In this document: one piece after another, positions 33,761 through 43,700 of the stretch | Layout: each line of letters starts with the position of its first letter | Numbering within the stretch: position 1 is the stretch's first letter | DNA from: Pyrinomonadales bacterium | GTDB taxonomy: Bacteria > Acidobacteriota > Blastocatellia > Pyrinomonadales > Pyrinomonadaceae | Reading direction: 5' to 3' | Assembly (NCBI GenBank): GCA_038235165.1 | Contig: JBBSUG010000024.1 | Location: forward strand, 2,430 to 66,429 | Length of the DNA: 64,000 bases | Position numbers and translations under genes: made by a program | Notes under the pieces: model-generated | Told to the model about the DNA's origin: nothing | Database searches by the model: none | The model's input: only the letters and a program-made list of their open reading frames with translations

Positions 33761-33824
33761 AATTACGAATTTCAAATTACGATTTCTATCGAATCCTGAC
33801 ATTCGTAGTTTGAAATTCGTAATT
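33761..33824. terminator. Long hairpin (22-bp stem, 1 mismatch) between the GNAT gene and the P450 gene
   Basis: AATTACGAATTTCAAATTACGA pairs with TCGTAGTTTGAAATTCGTAATT. The arms contain the duplicated heptamer ATTACGA. The right arm end overlaps the first base of the GNAT stop codon. Confidence 0.6.
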
Positions 33825-34390
33825 TAAAAAGTCAGTCCCGTGACATCGTAAGTCATTACGACCAAATCATTTGTACGGTTATTGCGGTCAATTACGAAAT
33901 CAGCGAGCAGTGCTTCAGCGTTGAAACCCAATCGCTCGAAAACGGCAATCGCGCTCTTTTGACCGGCAGCCATTCGTGCGACGATTTTCTGCAAACCGAA
34001 CCCTTCGGCAACACTGAAAATCTCGCTTGCCAGCAGATTTCCCAAACCCAAACCACGCGCTTCGGGACTGACCAATAATTGAATCTCGCCGAGATGCCGC
34101 GTCCACGTCAGATTATTGCGAATCAGCGTACCGTGTCCGAGCAGTTTCCCGTTCGCTTCGGCGAAAATCGTCACTACGCGGTTCGTCTCCAAATCGCTTA
34201 CCCACGCGTCAACCGCTTCCCGTTCAGTGATGTCCACCGACAAAAACAGCAAATCGTCGGCGGGCAGCGAACGCGCAAATGCTAACAGCGCGTCGCGGTC
34301 AGCAGGCTGCATCAAACGCAGCGTGATTTTCCGGTCTTTCAGCGTCGCCGTCTGCGGGTAATGTTTCTTTGAAACTGATGTTTTAGCCAT
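33824..34390 (-). CDS. GNAT family acetyltransferase
   Basis: RGLGLGNLLASE acetyl-CoA motif. Confidence 0.75.
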   Translation of the reverse strand: MAKTSVSKKHYPQTATLKDRKITLRLMQPADRDALLAFARSLPADDLLFLSVDITEREAVDAWVSDLETNRVVTIFAEANGKLLGHGTLIRNNLTWTRHLGEIQLLVSPEARGLGLGNLLASEIFSVAEGFGLQKIVARMAAGQKSAIAVFERLGFNAEALLADFVIDRNNRTNDLVVMTYDVTGLTF

Positions 34391-34477
34391 TAGTTCTCCA
34401 GTCTGTTTTTAAAAGTTAGGTCGGGGAATTATATATGCGAACGGGAACTTGAAACAAATGCAGAAAATAATTTGATT

Positions 34478-34518
34478 AATAACCGGAGCGTAAGCGTATC
34501 GCTTGCGCTCCGGTTATT
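34478..34518 (-). terminator. Terminator hairpin (18-bp stem with one G-U pair)
   Basis: AATAACCGGAGCGTAAGC / GCTTGCGCTCCGGTTATT, downstream of the radical SAM gene. Confidence 0.65.
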
Positions 34519-34563
34519 GAATTTTCACTGAATAACTAATCTAAAACTTTGCCGTTTGAATCA

Positions 34564-36450
34564 TTAAACAGCAACAGATAAACTCCGCGGCTTTCTCAAA
34601 CTCTGCAATTGCACGAGTCCTGCCGGCGCATCAGCCAGCCACGTTGTCGGGCAAACGCCGCAGGTGGTGCATTTTTCGACTGCCGGACACGGTTTTGAAG
34701 AAAGCGAGGCTTGCGATTTTTCGTGTTCGGTTTTCAAAAAATCAAAAGATAATCCCGTATCAACAATTGACCATGGCAAAAATTCGTCGTAACTGCGATT
34801 GCGCGAAGTGTGAAAAGCCGCGTCAATGCCGGTTTCACGTAATGCTTCCTTCAAATTTCCTTTGTTTCTCGCGGCTGATTCGATAACTCTCGAAATAGTG
34901 CGGTCGCCGGAAGAAAACAGAGCCTGTTCGTGGGCGATTCGTGCGCTCATTGCGCGGACTTCGACGTTCGGGATTTTCGCTAAATTTTTGCTAACCCATT
35001 TCAGACGGTTTTTTAATTCCTTTTCATCGCACACCGCATCCCACTGGAACGGCGTGTTCGGTTTCGGCACGAGTCCGTTTAATGACGGAATGATTTTCCC
35101 GGCGCGTCCGAATCGTTTTCCGGCTTCGAGCATTCGGTCTTTAATGCGCTCGACCAATACGAGCATTTCTTCCAAATCTTCCTGCGTTTCCGTCGGCAAT
35201 CCGACCATTAAATAAAGTTTGACGGTCAGCATTCCCCGATCAAACACCGCGCCGCAGATGTCCACGATTTCGTCGTTCGTCAAATTTTTGTTGATAACGC
35301 GGCGCAGTCTGTCCGAGCCGGTTTCGGGCGCAACGGCGATTTGCTGATCGTTCGATTCGACGAGCGCGTCGAGTAATTCTTCGGAAATTTGGTCTAAACG
35401 CAGCGATGAAACGGTAATTTTATACTCCATTTTTCGCAATTCACTTAGAATCGTCGAGATTTCCGGGTGATCGCAAACAGCTGTCGAAACGAGTCCGATT
35501 TTGTTGGTTTTGCTGCGCCATTCGCTCGCCTTTGCCAAAATATCCCGTGCCGGAACGACGCGCGGCGGATAGTAATTGTAACCCGCCCAACAAAAACGAC
35601 AGCCCTGCGAACAGCCGCGCGAAATTTCAATCAATAATCTGTCGCCCATTTCCGCTCCCGGCGACCAAACGGCGGTTGACGGTGCGAAAACGTCCTGATT
35701 CATCAGGTAATCAATCACTTCGACTTCGTTGCGTTTGATTGCGCGGCGCAAAGTTCCTTCTTTCGGATTCGCGGCGGCAAGTGCGCGTCCGACTCGTTTT
35801 GGCACGCCTTCTTCGGTCGGAATATAATCGAAAACCGTTCCGTCGTCGTTGTAGATCACGTTGTAAAGCGACGGAATATAAAAGCCGCGCCCGATTTTGG
35901 CGAGATTGAGCAGAATATCTTCTTTATTGCCGTGTTCCAAAATCGCGTCAACCAATTGAAACGCGAGAATTTCGCCTTCGCCGACGGCGATAATGTCAGT
36001 GAAATCGGCAATTGGTTCGGGATTCAAAAAAGAAGCCGCGCCGCCCATCACGATTAGCGGATGAAAATGATTTCTGTCTTTCGACCAAACTGGAATCTGT
36101 GACATTTGCAGCATTCGCGCCATATTCAGATAATCAGTTTCAAACGAAATCGAAAATGCGACGACATCGAAATCTTTGATCGGCGTTTGTGTTTCCAGCG
36201 AAAGCAACGGCGTGCGCGATTTTTCGTATTCGCGCATTTCAAAATCGTCGGGCAGAAAAACTCTCTCGCACGAAACTTCGGGGATTTTGTTGAAAAGTTC
36301 GTACATCGTGTGGAGTCCGAGATTCGCCATTCCGACGGCGTGAGTGTTCGGGTAACACAGTGCAATGCGGAGCTGCGCGCCGTGCTTGATCGTCCAGCCT
36401 TCTTCTTGTTCTAACTTCTTCTTGTAACTTTCGACTATCTTTTTGCTCAT
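34564..36450 (-). CDS. B12-binding-domain radical SAM protein
   Basis: N-terminal Rossmann-like B12-binding region and the CxxxCxxC cluster in ISRGCSQGCRFCWAG. 628 aa. Confidence 0.8.
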   Translation of the reverse strand: MSKKIVESYKKKLEQEEGWTIKHGAQLRIALCYPNTHAVGMANLGLHTMYELFNKIPEVSCERVFLPDDFEMREYEKSRTPLLSLETQTPIKDFDVVAFSISFETDYLNMARMLQMSQIPVWSKDRNHFHPLIVMGGAASFLNPEPIADFTDIIAVGEGEILAFQLVDAILEHGNKEDILLNLAKIGRGFYIPSLYNVIYNDDGTVFDYIPTEEGVPKRVGRALAAANPKEGTLRRAIKRNEVEVIDYLMNQDVFAPSTAVWSPGAEMGDRLLIEISRGCSQGCRFCWAGYNYYPPRVVPARDILAKASEWRSKTNKIGLVSTAVCDHPEISTILSELRKMEYKITVSSLRLDQISEELLDALVESNDQQIAVAPETGSDRLRRVINKNLTNDEIVDICGAVFDRGMLTVKLYLMVGLPTETQEDLEEMLVLVERIKDRMLEAGKRFGRAGKIIPSLNGLVPKPNTPFQWDAVCDEKELKNRLKWVSKNLAKIPNVEVRAMSARIAHEQALFSSGDRTISRVIESAARNKGNLKEALRETGIDAAFHTSRNRSYDEFLPWSIVDTGLSFDFLKTEHEKSQASLSSKPCPAVEKCTTCGVCPTTWLADAPAGLVQLQSLRKPRSLSVAV

Positions 36451-36555
36451 AAAAACTTTAATTATAACCGATTTAGCTCAATTGTGTAAGCTAAATTGGT
36501 TGTATGTTCAAATTTTTAGATGCTGAAAATACAAGTTGATGCGATTAATTTTCTT

Positions 36556-37446
36556 TTACAACTTGATTGCTTGAACTTTATAGCCTTTTGCTCTCAGCAA
36601 ATTCAAAACTCCGGTTTTACCGCCCAAATGTCCCGCGCCGACAGCAATAAACGAAGATTTTTCCTTGACGGCTTTTTCGATTTTCGGAATCCAAGCAGTA
36701 TTTCTTTTGTCCAGAAGATTTGTTTGAAACGCGGGATCATCTTTCATCTGTGTCTCCATATACTCGAAAAGTTTATCCGTGTTTTGAGTTTTATAAATTT
36801 CGAGCAATTTCTTGAATTCGGCAGAAGATTTCTCCGGCTCTAAAGCTGTTTGATATAAACCGTCCGCCTGCTTTTTCAAAGGAATCGAGTCTATCGTGGC
36901 TGCTTGAACTGCCACTGTTTCCAAACCTTCAACCGGTTTTTGCTTTGTTTGAGCATACTGCAAAAACGATAAATCATAAGAATTCGCCTGACTGCAACCC
37001 AAAAATTTCGGGCTTGTAATAGCCATTATCTGCAAGAACAAAGGTTTGATGTTTTTAAAATTTTCAATCGGCGCACCCAAAGCGTTTTGCACCAATTTGC
37101 CGACTTTAGCGTATTTTTCTTCGGTGTAAAAATCATTGAGCGTTTTCCCGTCCGCCAAAAAAGGCATTTTTCCAATAGACTGCAATTCCGCCAGATCATC
37201 AAAATCCACTTCTAAAAACAATTGCTCAGTTTTATCAATATAATTGGTCAATTTTTCCGCCTGAATCATCTCGCCTGAACAAATTATGTGGAAAGTTCCG
37301 AACAAGTACGAAGGTTTTTTCAAACCGTTTCCGCTAATTTCATAAAGCAACGCGGAATTTTCTGCAGGTTTCATCGTTTGCGCGTGAATTGTCGAAAAAA
37401 CCGCAAACAAAGCCAATAACATAACGACCAATAAACTTTTTTTCAT
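36556..37446 (-). CDS. TraB/GumN family protein (secreted)
   Basis: Signal peptide, LLYEISGNGLKKPSYLFGTFHI, and C-terminal FIAVGAGHLGG. Confidence 0.7.
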   Translation of the reverse strand: MKKSLLVVMLLALFAVFSTIHAQTMKPAENSALLYEISGNGLKKPSYLFGTFHIICSGEMIQAEKLTNYIDKTEQLFLEVDFDDLAELQSIGKMPFLADGKTLNDFYTEEKYAKVGKLVQNALGAPIENFKNIKPLFLQIMAITSPKFLGCSQANSYDLSFLQYAQTKQKPVEGLETVAVQAATIDSIPLKKQADGLYQTALEPEKSSAEFKKLLEIYKTQNTDKLFEYMETQMKDDPAFQTNLLDKRNTAWIPKIEKAVKEKSSFIAVGAGHLGGKTGVLNLLRAKGYKVQAIKL

Positions 37447-37572
37447 TGTAGACCTCCTGTATAGCATTACTCTGGATTTTTTCATCCGCTATAAATTAGT
37501 CATCGGACTTTGAAAAAAATCACAATTTTTGAAAAATGTGATTTTCACGGAAGATTTTTTACTAATAGATTG

Positions 37573-38055
37573 ATGAAGTCGGAATTCGAGAAAACAATTC
37601 GTGAAAACGGGAAAATCCTGCACAAGTTTTGCCATATTTACACGGATGACCGTACGGAATATGAAGAGTTGTTTCAGGAAATGATGATTCAAATCTGGCG
37701 TTCACTCGAAAAATTTCGCGGCGATGCAAAGGTTTCGACGTTTATTTATCGAATCTGCATCAACACGGCGTTAGGTTTTCGGGCGAAACTGAACGATTCA
37801 AAAACAAAATTTGATCCGCTTGACGGAAAGATTTTTGCGTCGCAGGAAAAAGACAAAGTTCAAGATGAAAATTTGCAAAAAATATACGCCGCGATTCGTG
37901 AATTGAAACCGATTGAACGGGCGATTGTTGGTTTGTATTTGGACGAGAAATCTTATGAAGAAATAGCCGAGATTCTGGGAATTTCCAAAACAAATGTGGC
38001 GACTCGCCTGATGCGTTTGAAAAAGAAACTTATCGAGAGGTTCAACAATGAATGA
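37573..38055 (+). CDS. ECF-type RNA polymerase sigma factor
   Basis: Region 2 (EELFQEMMIQIWRSLEKF) and region 4 HTH (KSYEEIAEILGISKTNVATRLMRLKKKL). Confidence 0.8.
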   Translation: MKSEFEKTIRENGKILHKFCHIYTDDRTEYEELFQEMMIQIWRSLEKFRGDAKVSTFIYRICINTALGFRAKLNDSKTKFDPLDGKIFASQEKDKVQDENLQKIYAAIRELKPIERAIVGLYLDEKSYEEIAEILGISKTNVATRLMRLKKKLIERFNNE

Positions 38056-38677
38056 ACAAGAATTAAAAGAAATCTGGAAAAACGCGGATTTGCAGGACAT
38101 ACCGAAAATAGATTTTGAAAAAGTTCAAAAAAATATGCTCGGCTGGCACGGCAAACTACGTCGAAAAATCGAGTTGGATTTTCTATCAGGCACTTTGATA
38201 CTTGTTATCTGGTTGGTTTTGATAATCCTTTTTCCTACTGCAATTTATCCTCTACCGTTCTTTTTGATAATGTATTTTTGGTATTATTGGATACTTTGGA
38301 CAATATATCGAGGCAAAACAAAAGCGCAAGATGTCACAAGTACGCGGAAATACTTGGAGGATAAAGCGGCAAAATTAACCAAACTTTTTCGCGGTTCTCG
38401 CATCGTCACTTCGCTTATATTGTATCCTTGTATTCTGGCAACGTATTACGCTACGTTATCCAGCAATCGGTTTACGTCAATATTTGTTGATTACGAGGTT
38501 CTTTCCAAAGATCGCGTTTTATTATATCTTGCTTTGGCACCTTACGCGTTTCTGATTGTCGCTGGCGCGGTATTGGTTATAGTTGCAATAATTTTTAATG
38601 AAACTGTTATGGGAAAATATTATCTGCCATCACTAGACCGCGTTAAAGAGTTGATTGAACAGTTGGATTCTGAATAA
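38048..38677 (+). CDS. Multi-TM membrane protein, possible cognate anti-sigma factor
   Basis: Overlaps the sigma gene by 8 nt. Four or more hydrophobic helices. No zf-HC2 motif. Confidence 0.45.
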   Translation: MNEQELKEIWKNADLQDIPKIDFEKVQKNMLGWHGKLRRKIELDFLSGTLILVIWLVLIILFPTAIYPLPFFLIMYFWYYWILWTIYRGKTKAQDVTSTRKYLEDKAAKLTKLFRGSRIVTSLILYPCILATYYATLSSNRFTSIFVDYEVLSKDRVLLYLALAPYAFLIVAGAVLVIVAIIFNETVMGKYYLPSLDRVKELIEQLDSE

Positions 38678-38763
38678 TAATTTAAGTGAATTTTACTCGC
38701 AAATTTTCATTTTTGCCGTATTTATAATATCTTTGAGAAACGCTGAGTTGAACGGAGAAATAT

Positions 38764-39219
38764 ATGCTGACAAATTCACTAATCGAACTTTTTGAACGCG
38801 ATTTGAACAAACTAATCAAAGAAATAAATTCATACGAAAATGAAGAAGATTTGTGGACCAAAACCGATGACATTCCAAATTCGGCGGGTAATTTATGTCT
38901 TCATTTAATCGGGAATCTGAATCATTACATCGGCGCGACGCTCAGCGATTCGGGTTATGAGAGAAAGCGCGACGCGGAATTTTCAACCAAGCACATTTCC
39001 CGCAACGAATTAAGTTCAAATATAGAAAATACGATTGAGGTTGTTAAAAACTCCTTGAATAATTTATCGGATGATGATTTGGAAAAACCATATCCGCTTC
39101 AAGAAGGACACGAACCGTCAAAAACAAATTCTGCGCTGCTGAAAATTTTAGCGCATTTCAGCTATCATCTCGGACAGATAAATTATCATCGAAGACTGCT
39201 TACTAATGGCAAAAAATGA
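38764..39219 (+). CDS. DinB-superfamily protein (DUF1572-like)
   Basis: His triad context HLIGNLNHYIG ... HFSYHLGQINYHRR. Confidence 0.75.
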   Translation: MLTNSLIELFERDLNKLIKEINSYENEEDLWTKTDDIPNSAGNLCLHLIGNLNHYIGATLSDSGYERKRDAEFSTKHISRNELSSNIENTIEVVKNSLNNLSDDDLEKPYPLQEGHEPSKTNSALLKILAHFSYHLGQINYHRRLLTNGKK

Positions 39220-39276
39220 ATTTAGTATTTACAGCGAGATAATATCTTTGGGCTTGGAATAATAGCCGCATTTACA

Positions 39277-39936
39277 ATGTTGAATTGGATAAAAAACAAA
39301 CTCGGCGTTCTCAAAGAACCGAACGAAGAAACAACCGATTATGATTTTCGCTGGTATGAAGTCGGCGATGAAGAAAACCCATTTAACAAACGAGTTTTGG
39401 ACATCCGTCCGTTCACCCACAGCGTTATTTCCGGCTCTACCGATGTCTTTGGCTCAGCCTTTGGAGTAATGCGGCAGTCTGACGGCAAAAATCACATCGG
39501 GCAGAAAATTGAAAACGAAAATTTTATCGAAACAAATCTCGAATATCCGCACAATGGGGAAATGCTCGATGGCGTTATTTTCAAATCCGAAGAAATGGAA
39601 TGTAAATGGGATATTTATATTTACGACAACTGTTTCTATTTCGCCCGGAGTTGGTCAGGCGAATTGTGGTTCAAGGCACAAGCTGAATTTTCAGATAACA
39701 AATTGTTAATCAAGAAAATCTTTTTCGATGAAGAAGGATACAATGAAGAAGTTGTTAACGATGTGCATTTCTTGATGAAATCCCACGCTTTCAATCAGCC
39801 GTTTCCGCACAAAATTCTCGATCTGTCCGGCAGCGAAATGCTTGTCGCGCAGGTTTCATTCAAACTGCACGGAAACAGAGCTTGCTACGCCTGTTTCGAC
39901 GATATTACGGACACGACCATTACGAAATCTTTATGA
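39277..39936 (+). CDS. Hypothetical protein
   Basis: ORF with ATGA overlap onto folC. No motif recognised. Confidence 0.5.
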   Translation: MLNWIKNKLGVLKEPNEETTDYDFRWYEVGDEENPFNKRVLDIRPFTHSVISGSTDVFGSAFGVMRQSDGKNHIGQKIENENFIETNLEYPHNGEMLDGVIFKSEEMECKWDIYIYDNCFYFARSWSGELWFKAQAEFSDNKLLIKKIFFDEEGYNEEVVNDVHFLMKSHAFNQPFPHKILDLSGSEMLVAQVSFKLHGNRACYACFDDITDTTITKSL

Positions 39937-41213
39937 ACTTCGCCGAATCAACCGAATACCTCTACAATCTCGGCAATGAAGTTACGGCGATGAAACTCGG
40001 TCTTGAGAATATCGGAAAACTTCTTGCCGCACTGGGAAATCCAAACAACAATTATCTAAAAGTTCAGGTTGCAGGAACAAACGGCAAGGGTTCAGTGTGC
40101 GCGTTTTTGGAAGCGATTTGTGTTTCGGCGGGCATCAGAGTCGGAATGACGACTTCGCCGCATCTCGTTTCTGTGACGGAGAGAGTTAAAGTTAATGGGC
40201 GGGAAATCAGTGAAAAAGATTTTGCACGATATGCTTCAAAAATTAGAGAAATTGCTGAAAACTTAGTCGAAAAGGGCGAACTCGAAACCGTGCCGACATA
40301 TTTTGAACAAGTGACGGCGATTGCTTTGCAGGCGTTCTCGGAAGCAAACATTAAACTGGCGATTTTGGAAACCGGTTTGGGCGGACGCTTTGACGCGACG
40401 ACTGCCGCCAATGCGGAAATTGTCGCAATTACGCCGATTGATTACGATCATCAGAATATTTTAGGAAATACTTTGACGGAAATTGCGGGGGAAAAAGCGG
40501 CGACTATTCGGGCAGATATACAGGTTGTCATATCAAATCAGCCGAAAGAAGCGTTCGATGTGATTTTAGACCGATGCGCCGAGTTTGGCATTTCGCCAAA
40601 CTCGGCGGCGAATGTCGGAACGTTTAGCGAAAACGGAACAACGACTTTTCAAACTGCAAAAGCCGTTTATGAAAAAGTTCATCTGAATTTGGCAGGAAAA
40701 CATCAGATCGAGAATGCAAAGGCGGCAATTTTGCTCGCCGAAATGCTGCCGGAAAAATTTAAAATTACGAATGAACACATTGTCAAAGGTCTGCAAAACG
40801 CGACACACAAAGGACGACTCGAATTTTACAAAGATATTTTATTCGACGGAGCGCACAACATTGCGGGCGCGAAAGCGTTAAAAAATTACCTAGACGAATT
40901 TATCAACCAGCCGGTCACGATGGTTTTTGGCGCGATGCGCGATAAGGATTTATCCGAAATTGCCTCCGTACTTTTTCCGCTCGCCGATAAGTTAATTTTA
41001 ACCGTCCCCGATAATCCGCGTTCCATGGAAACTAAGGAGTTGTTAAAATTCGTGCCGAAAATTTTTGAAAAAGAAAATATTCTTACTGAAGAAACAGTTG
41101 AAAATGCCGTCAAAAAAGCGCGTGAAATATCGTCGGACAAGCATTTAATTTTGGTTACGGGGTCGCTTTATTTGGTTGGCGAAGCGCAAATGTTTCTGCG
41201 AGAATCGTTCTAA
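39933..41213 (+). CDS. folC: Folylpolyglutamate synthase / dihydrofolate synthase
   Basis: Mur-ligase P-loop VAGTNGKGSV, LETGLGGRFDATT, DGAHN. Confidence 0.85.
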   Translation: MNFAESTEYLYNLGNEVTAMKLGLENIGKLLAALGNPNNNYLKVQVAGTNGKGSVCAFLEAICVSAGIRVGMTTSPHLVSVTERVKVNGREISEKDFARYASKIREIAENLVEKGELETVPTYFEQVTAIALQAFSEANIKLAILETGLGGRFDATTAANAEIVAITPIDYDHQNILGNTLTEIAGEKAATIRADIQVVISNQPKEAFDVILDRCAEFGISPNSAANVGTFSENGTTTFQTAKAVYEKVHLNLAGKHQIENAKAAILLAEMLPEKFKITNEHIVKGLQNATHKGRLEFYKDILFDGAHNIAGAKALKNYLDEFINQPVTMVFGAMRDKDLSEIASVLFPLADKLILTVPDNPRSMETKELLKFVPKIFEKENILTEETVENAVKKAREISSDKHLILVTGSLYLVGEAQMFLRESF

Positions 41214-41227
41214 ACGCAGAGGACTTT

Positions 41228-41809
41228 ATGAAAATTTTTAGAAAAGTTTTGGTGTTGGCGATTGTCATTTGCGGTATTTTTTCAACCGTTTCTTTCGCTC
41301 AAACGAGTGACAAACAACAGATTACAAATTTATCGCGCCGCGTGGTTGTGGCTTTGAAACAAAAGGATATGAAAATGCTTGCCGCCTCAGTTCATCCGAA
41401 AAAAGGACTACGATTTTCGCCTTACGGTTTCATCAATAAAGCAACAGATTTGGTTTTCAAAAAATCGCAGATCAAAGACTTGAAAAACTCTCGAAAAGTT
41501 TACAATTGGGGCGATTACGATTCGGCTGATGAGGCGATTAAATCGAAATTTTCAGATTATTACGCGGAGTTTGTTTACGATAAAAATTTTGCAAATGCTC
41601 CGAACACCGGCTACAACAAAATTATCGGACAAGGCAACACGCTGATTAATCTCGGGAATCTTTATCCGAATGCAAAATTTGTCGAATATAATTTTGCGGG
41701 AACTGAAAAATACGGCACAATGGATTGGAAATCACTGCGCTTAATTTTTGAAAAACAGGGAAGCCGTTGGTATCTCGTCGGCATCAGCCACGACGGATGG
41801 ACGATTTAA
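41228..41809 (+). CDS. Secreted hypothetical protein
   Basis: Signal peptide MKIFRKVLVLAIVICGIFSTVSFAQ. Confidence 0.55.
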   Translation: MKIFRKVLVLAIVICGIFSTVSFAQTSDKQQITNLSRRVVVALKQKDMKMLAASVHPKKGLRFSPYGFINKATDLVFKKSQIKDLKNSRKVYNWGDYDSADEAIKSKFSDYYAEFVYDKNFANAPNTGYNKIIGQGNTLINLGNLYPNAKFVEYNFAGTEKYGTMDWKSLRLIFEKQGSRWYLVGISHDGWTI

Positions 41810-41885
41810 AAAATTCGGTAACACGACATTTCACTTGTTTGACAAAAACCGACAACAGCGCGGAGCGTAACATCTTCTAAAATTT

Positions 41886-42632
41886 ATGCACAAATTAGTT
41901 TTAATCAGACACGGCGAAAGCCAATGGAATAAAGAAAATCGGTTCACGGGTTGGAAAGACGTTGACCTTTCGGACAAAGGTCGGACGGAAGCGCACGCGG
42001 CGGGAAAACTTTTGAAAGACGAAGGTTTCACTTTCGATGAAGCCTACACATCGGTTTTGAAACGCGCCATCCGCACACTTTGGATCATCCTGGACGAAAT
42101 GGATTTGATGTGGATTCCCGAAACGAAATCGTGGCTGCTGAACGAACGGCATTACGGCGGCTTGCAGGGTCTGAATAAAGCCGAAACTGCGGCGCAGCAC
42201 GGCGAAGAGCAAGTTTTAATTTGGCGCAGAAGTTACGACGTTTTGCCGACTCTGCTTGAAGAAGGCGACGAACGCTGGATGGGCAAAGACCCGCGTTACG
42301 CTTTGATTGAAGCCGAAAACTTCCCGAAAGCCGAAGCGTTGAAAAACACCGTCGAGCGCGTCGTGCCGTTTTACGAAGCGGAAATTATGCCGAAAATAAA
42401 AGCGGGAAAGCGGATGATTATCGCCGCACACGGCAATTCTTTACGCGCTTTGGTCAAATATCTCGATCAAATTTCCGATGAAGATATAGTTCAGCGCAAT
42501 ATTCCGACGGGAATTCCGCTCGTCTATGAACTTGACGACGCTTTGAAGCCGGTGAAAAGTTATTACTTGGGCGATCAGGAAGCGATTGCCAAAGCCGAAG
42601 AAGCTGTGGCGAAACAGGGAAAAGCTAAATAA
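41886..42632 (+). CDS. gpmA: 2,3-bisphosphoglycerate-dependent phosphoglycerate mutase
   Basis: [37 protein letters not shown]. Confidence 0.95.
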   Translation: MHKLVLIRHGESQWNKENRFTGWKDVDLSDKGRTEAHAAGKLLKDEGFTFDEAYTSVLKRAIRTLWIILDEMDLMWIPETKSWLLNERHYGGLQGLNKAETAAQHGEEQVLIWRRSYDVLPTLLEEGDERWMGKDPRYALIEAENFPKAEALKNTVERVVPFYEAEIMPKIKAGKRMIIAAHGNSLRALVKYLDQISDEDIVQRNIPTGIPLVYELDDALKPVKSYYLGDQEAIAKAEEAVAKQGKAK

Positions 42633-42652
42633 CACGGGACGGCGGCTCTAAT

Positions 42653-42976
42653 TCAGCTTTTTGCCGCAAAAGATTTTTCCAAACAGCTATGCGAACAAAA
42701 AAAGCTGTTTTTTAATTTAACACCCTGTCCCTGCGAAAACCATTTCTGACATTTGGCGCATTTAATGAGCGGCGAGTTGTCGGAAACCGGTTTCGTTTCG
42801 ATCACCTTTTTTTCGGGTTTGGCATTTTGTTTGAACTGCCGGTATGTTTTCAGCATAAACCACCCGGTTTGCAGATATTTGCGGTAACGATACGCGGTAA
42901 TTGCCGTAGAAATCAAAGACAAAACAAAAAACGTGATGACGATCCAATAAATCCAATTCATTATTATTATTTTCAC
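42653..42976 (-). CDS. Small membrane protein with C-terminal Cys motif (PP0621-like)
   Basis: N-terminal TM segment and CAKCQKW...FCSHSC. Confidence 0.5.
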   Translation of the reverse strand: MKIIIMNWIYWIVITFFVLSLISTAITAYRYRKYLQTGWFMLKTYRQFKQNAKPEKKVIETKPVSDNSPLIKCAKCQKWFSQGQGVKLKNSFFCSHSCLEKSFAAKS

Positions 42977-43171
42977 TCACATTGAACAATTCTTCAACTC
43001 AAAACGGATGTTCAGTGAATAAGGTGAAAAGACGCAAATACAAAAAATGGTTTCATCACATTTGAATTGATGTCGAGTCAGCCATTGGCAACTCTCGGGT
43101 TCACTCCGACGATCTGGAAGAGAGTGTTTGCCGAATATCTCTGGCAAAATCGTAAAATCAGGTATTTTGAA

Positions 43172-43636
43172 ATGCAAATCATTGAACAAAGCAAATTAAC
43201 ATCAGTTCAAAAAAATCGAATTGTCGAACTGTGGAATGCAGAATACCCGGAAAATCTGGCGTTTTCAGAAGTTTCGGGGTTTGATGTTTATTTGAATGAA
43301 CGTCCGAATCAAAAGCATTTTTTGTTGATGAGTGCAGCGAATGAGATTATCGGCTGGGTGTGTGCATTTGAACGTGAAGGCGCAAGATGGTTTGCGATAA
43401 TTATTGACGAAAGACATCAAGGAAAAGGTTTCGGCGTGAAATTAATTGATACGCTGAAAGCAGCGAAAAATCAATTTTTCGGTTGGGTAATAGACCACTC
43501 AGACAGCAGAAAATCGAATGGTGAAACTTATCAATCGCCGCTCGGTTTCTACCGGAAACTCGGTTTTACGGTTCACGAAAGCGAGAGAATCGAAAAGGAC
43601 GGGATTTCAGGCGTGAAAATTGAATGGAAAAAATGA
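43172..43636 (+). CDS. GNAT family acetyltransferase
   Basis: HQGKGFGVKLID acetyl-CoA motif. Start taken at MQIIEQ. Confidence 0.7.
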   Translation: MQIIEQSKLTSVQKNRIVELWNAEYPENLAFSEVSGFDVYLNERPNQKHFLLMSAANEIIGWVCAFEREGARWFAIIIDERHQGKGFGVKLIDTLKAAKNQFFGWVIDHSDSRKSNGETYQSPLGFYRKLGFTVHESERIEKDGISGVKIEWKK

Positions 43637-43700
43637 AAAAAATCGAGCGGAGTTTTTAGAAAACAGACTGCTGTTTGTTGGAACGAAAACTCTTTAATTT

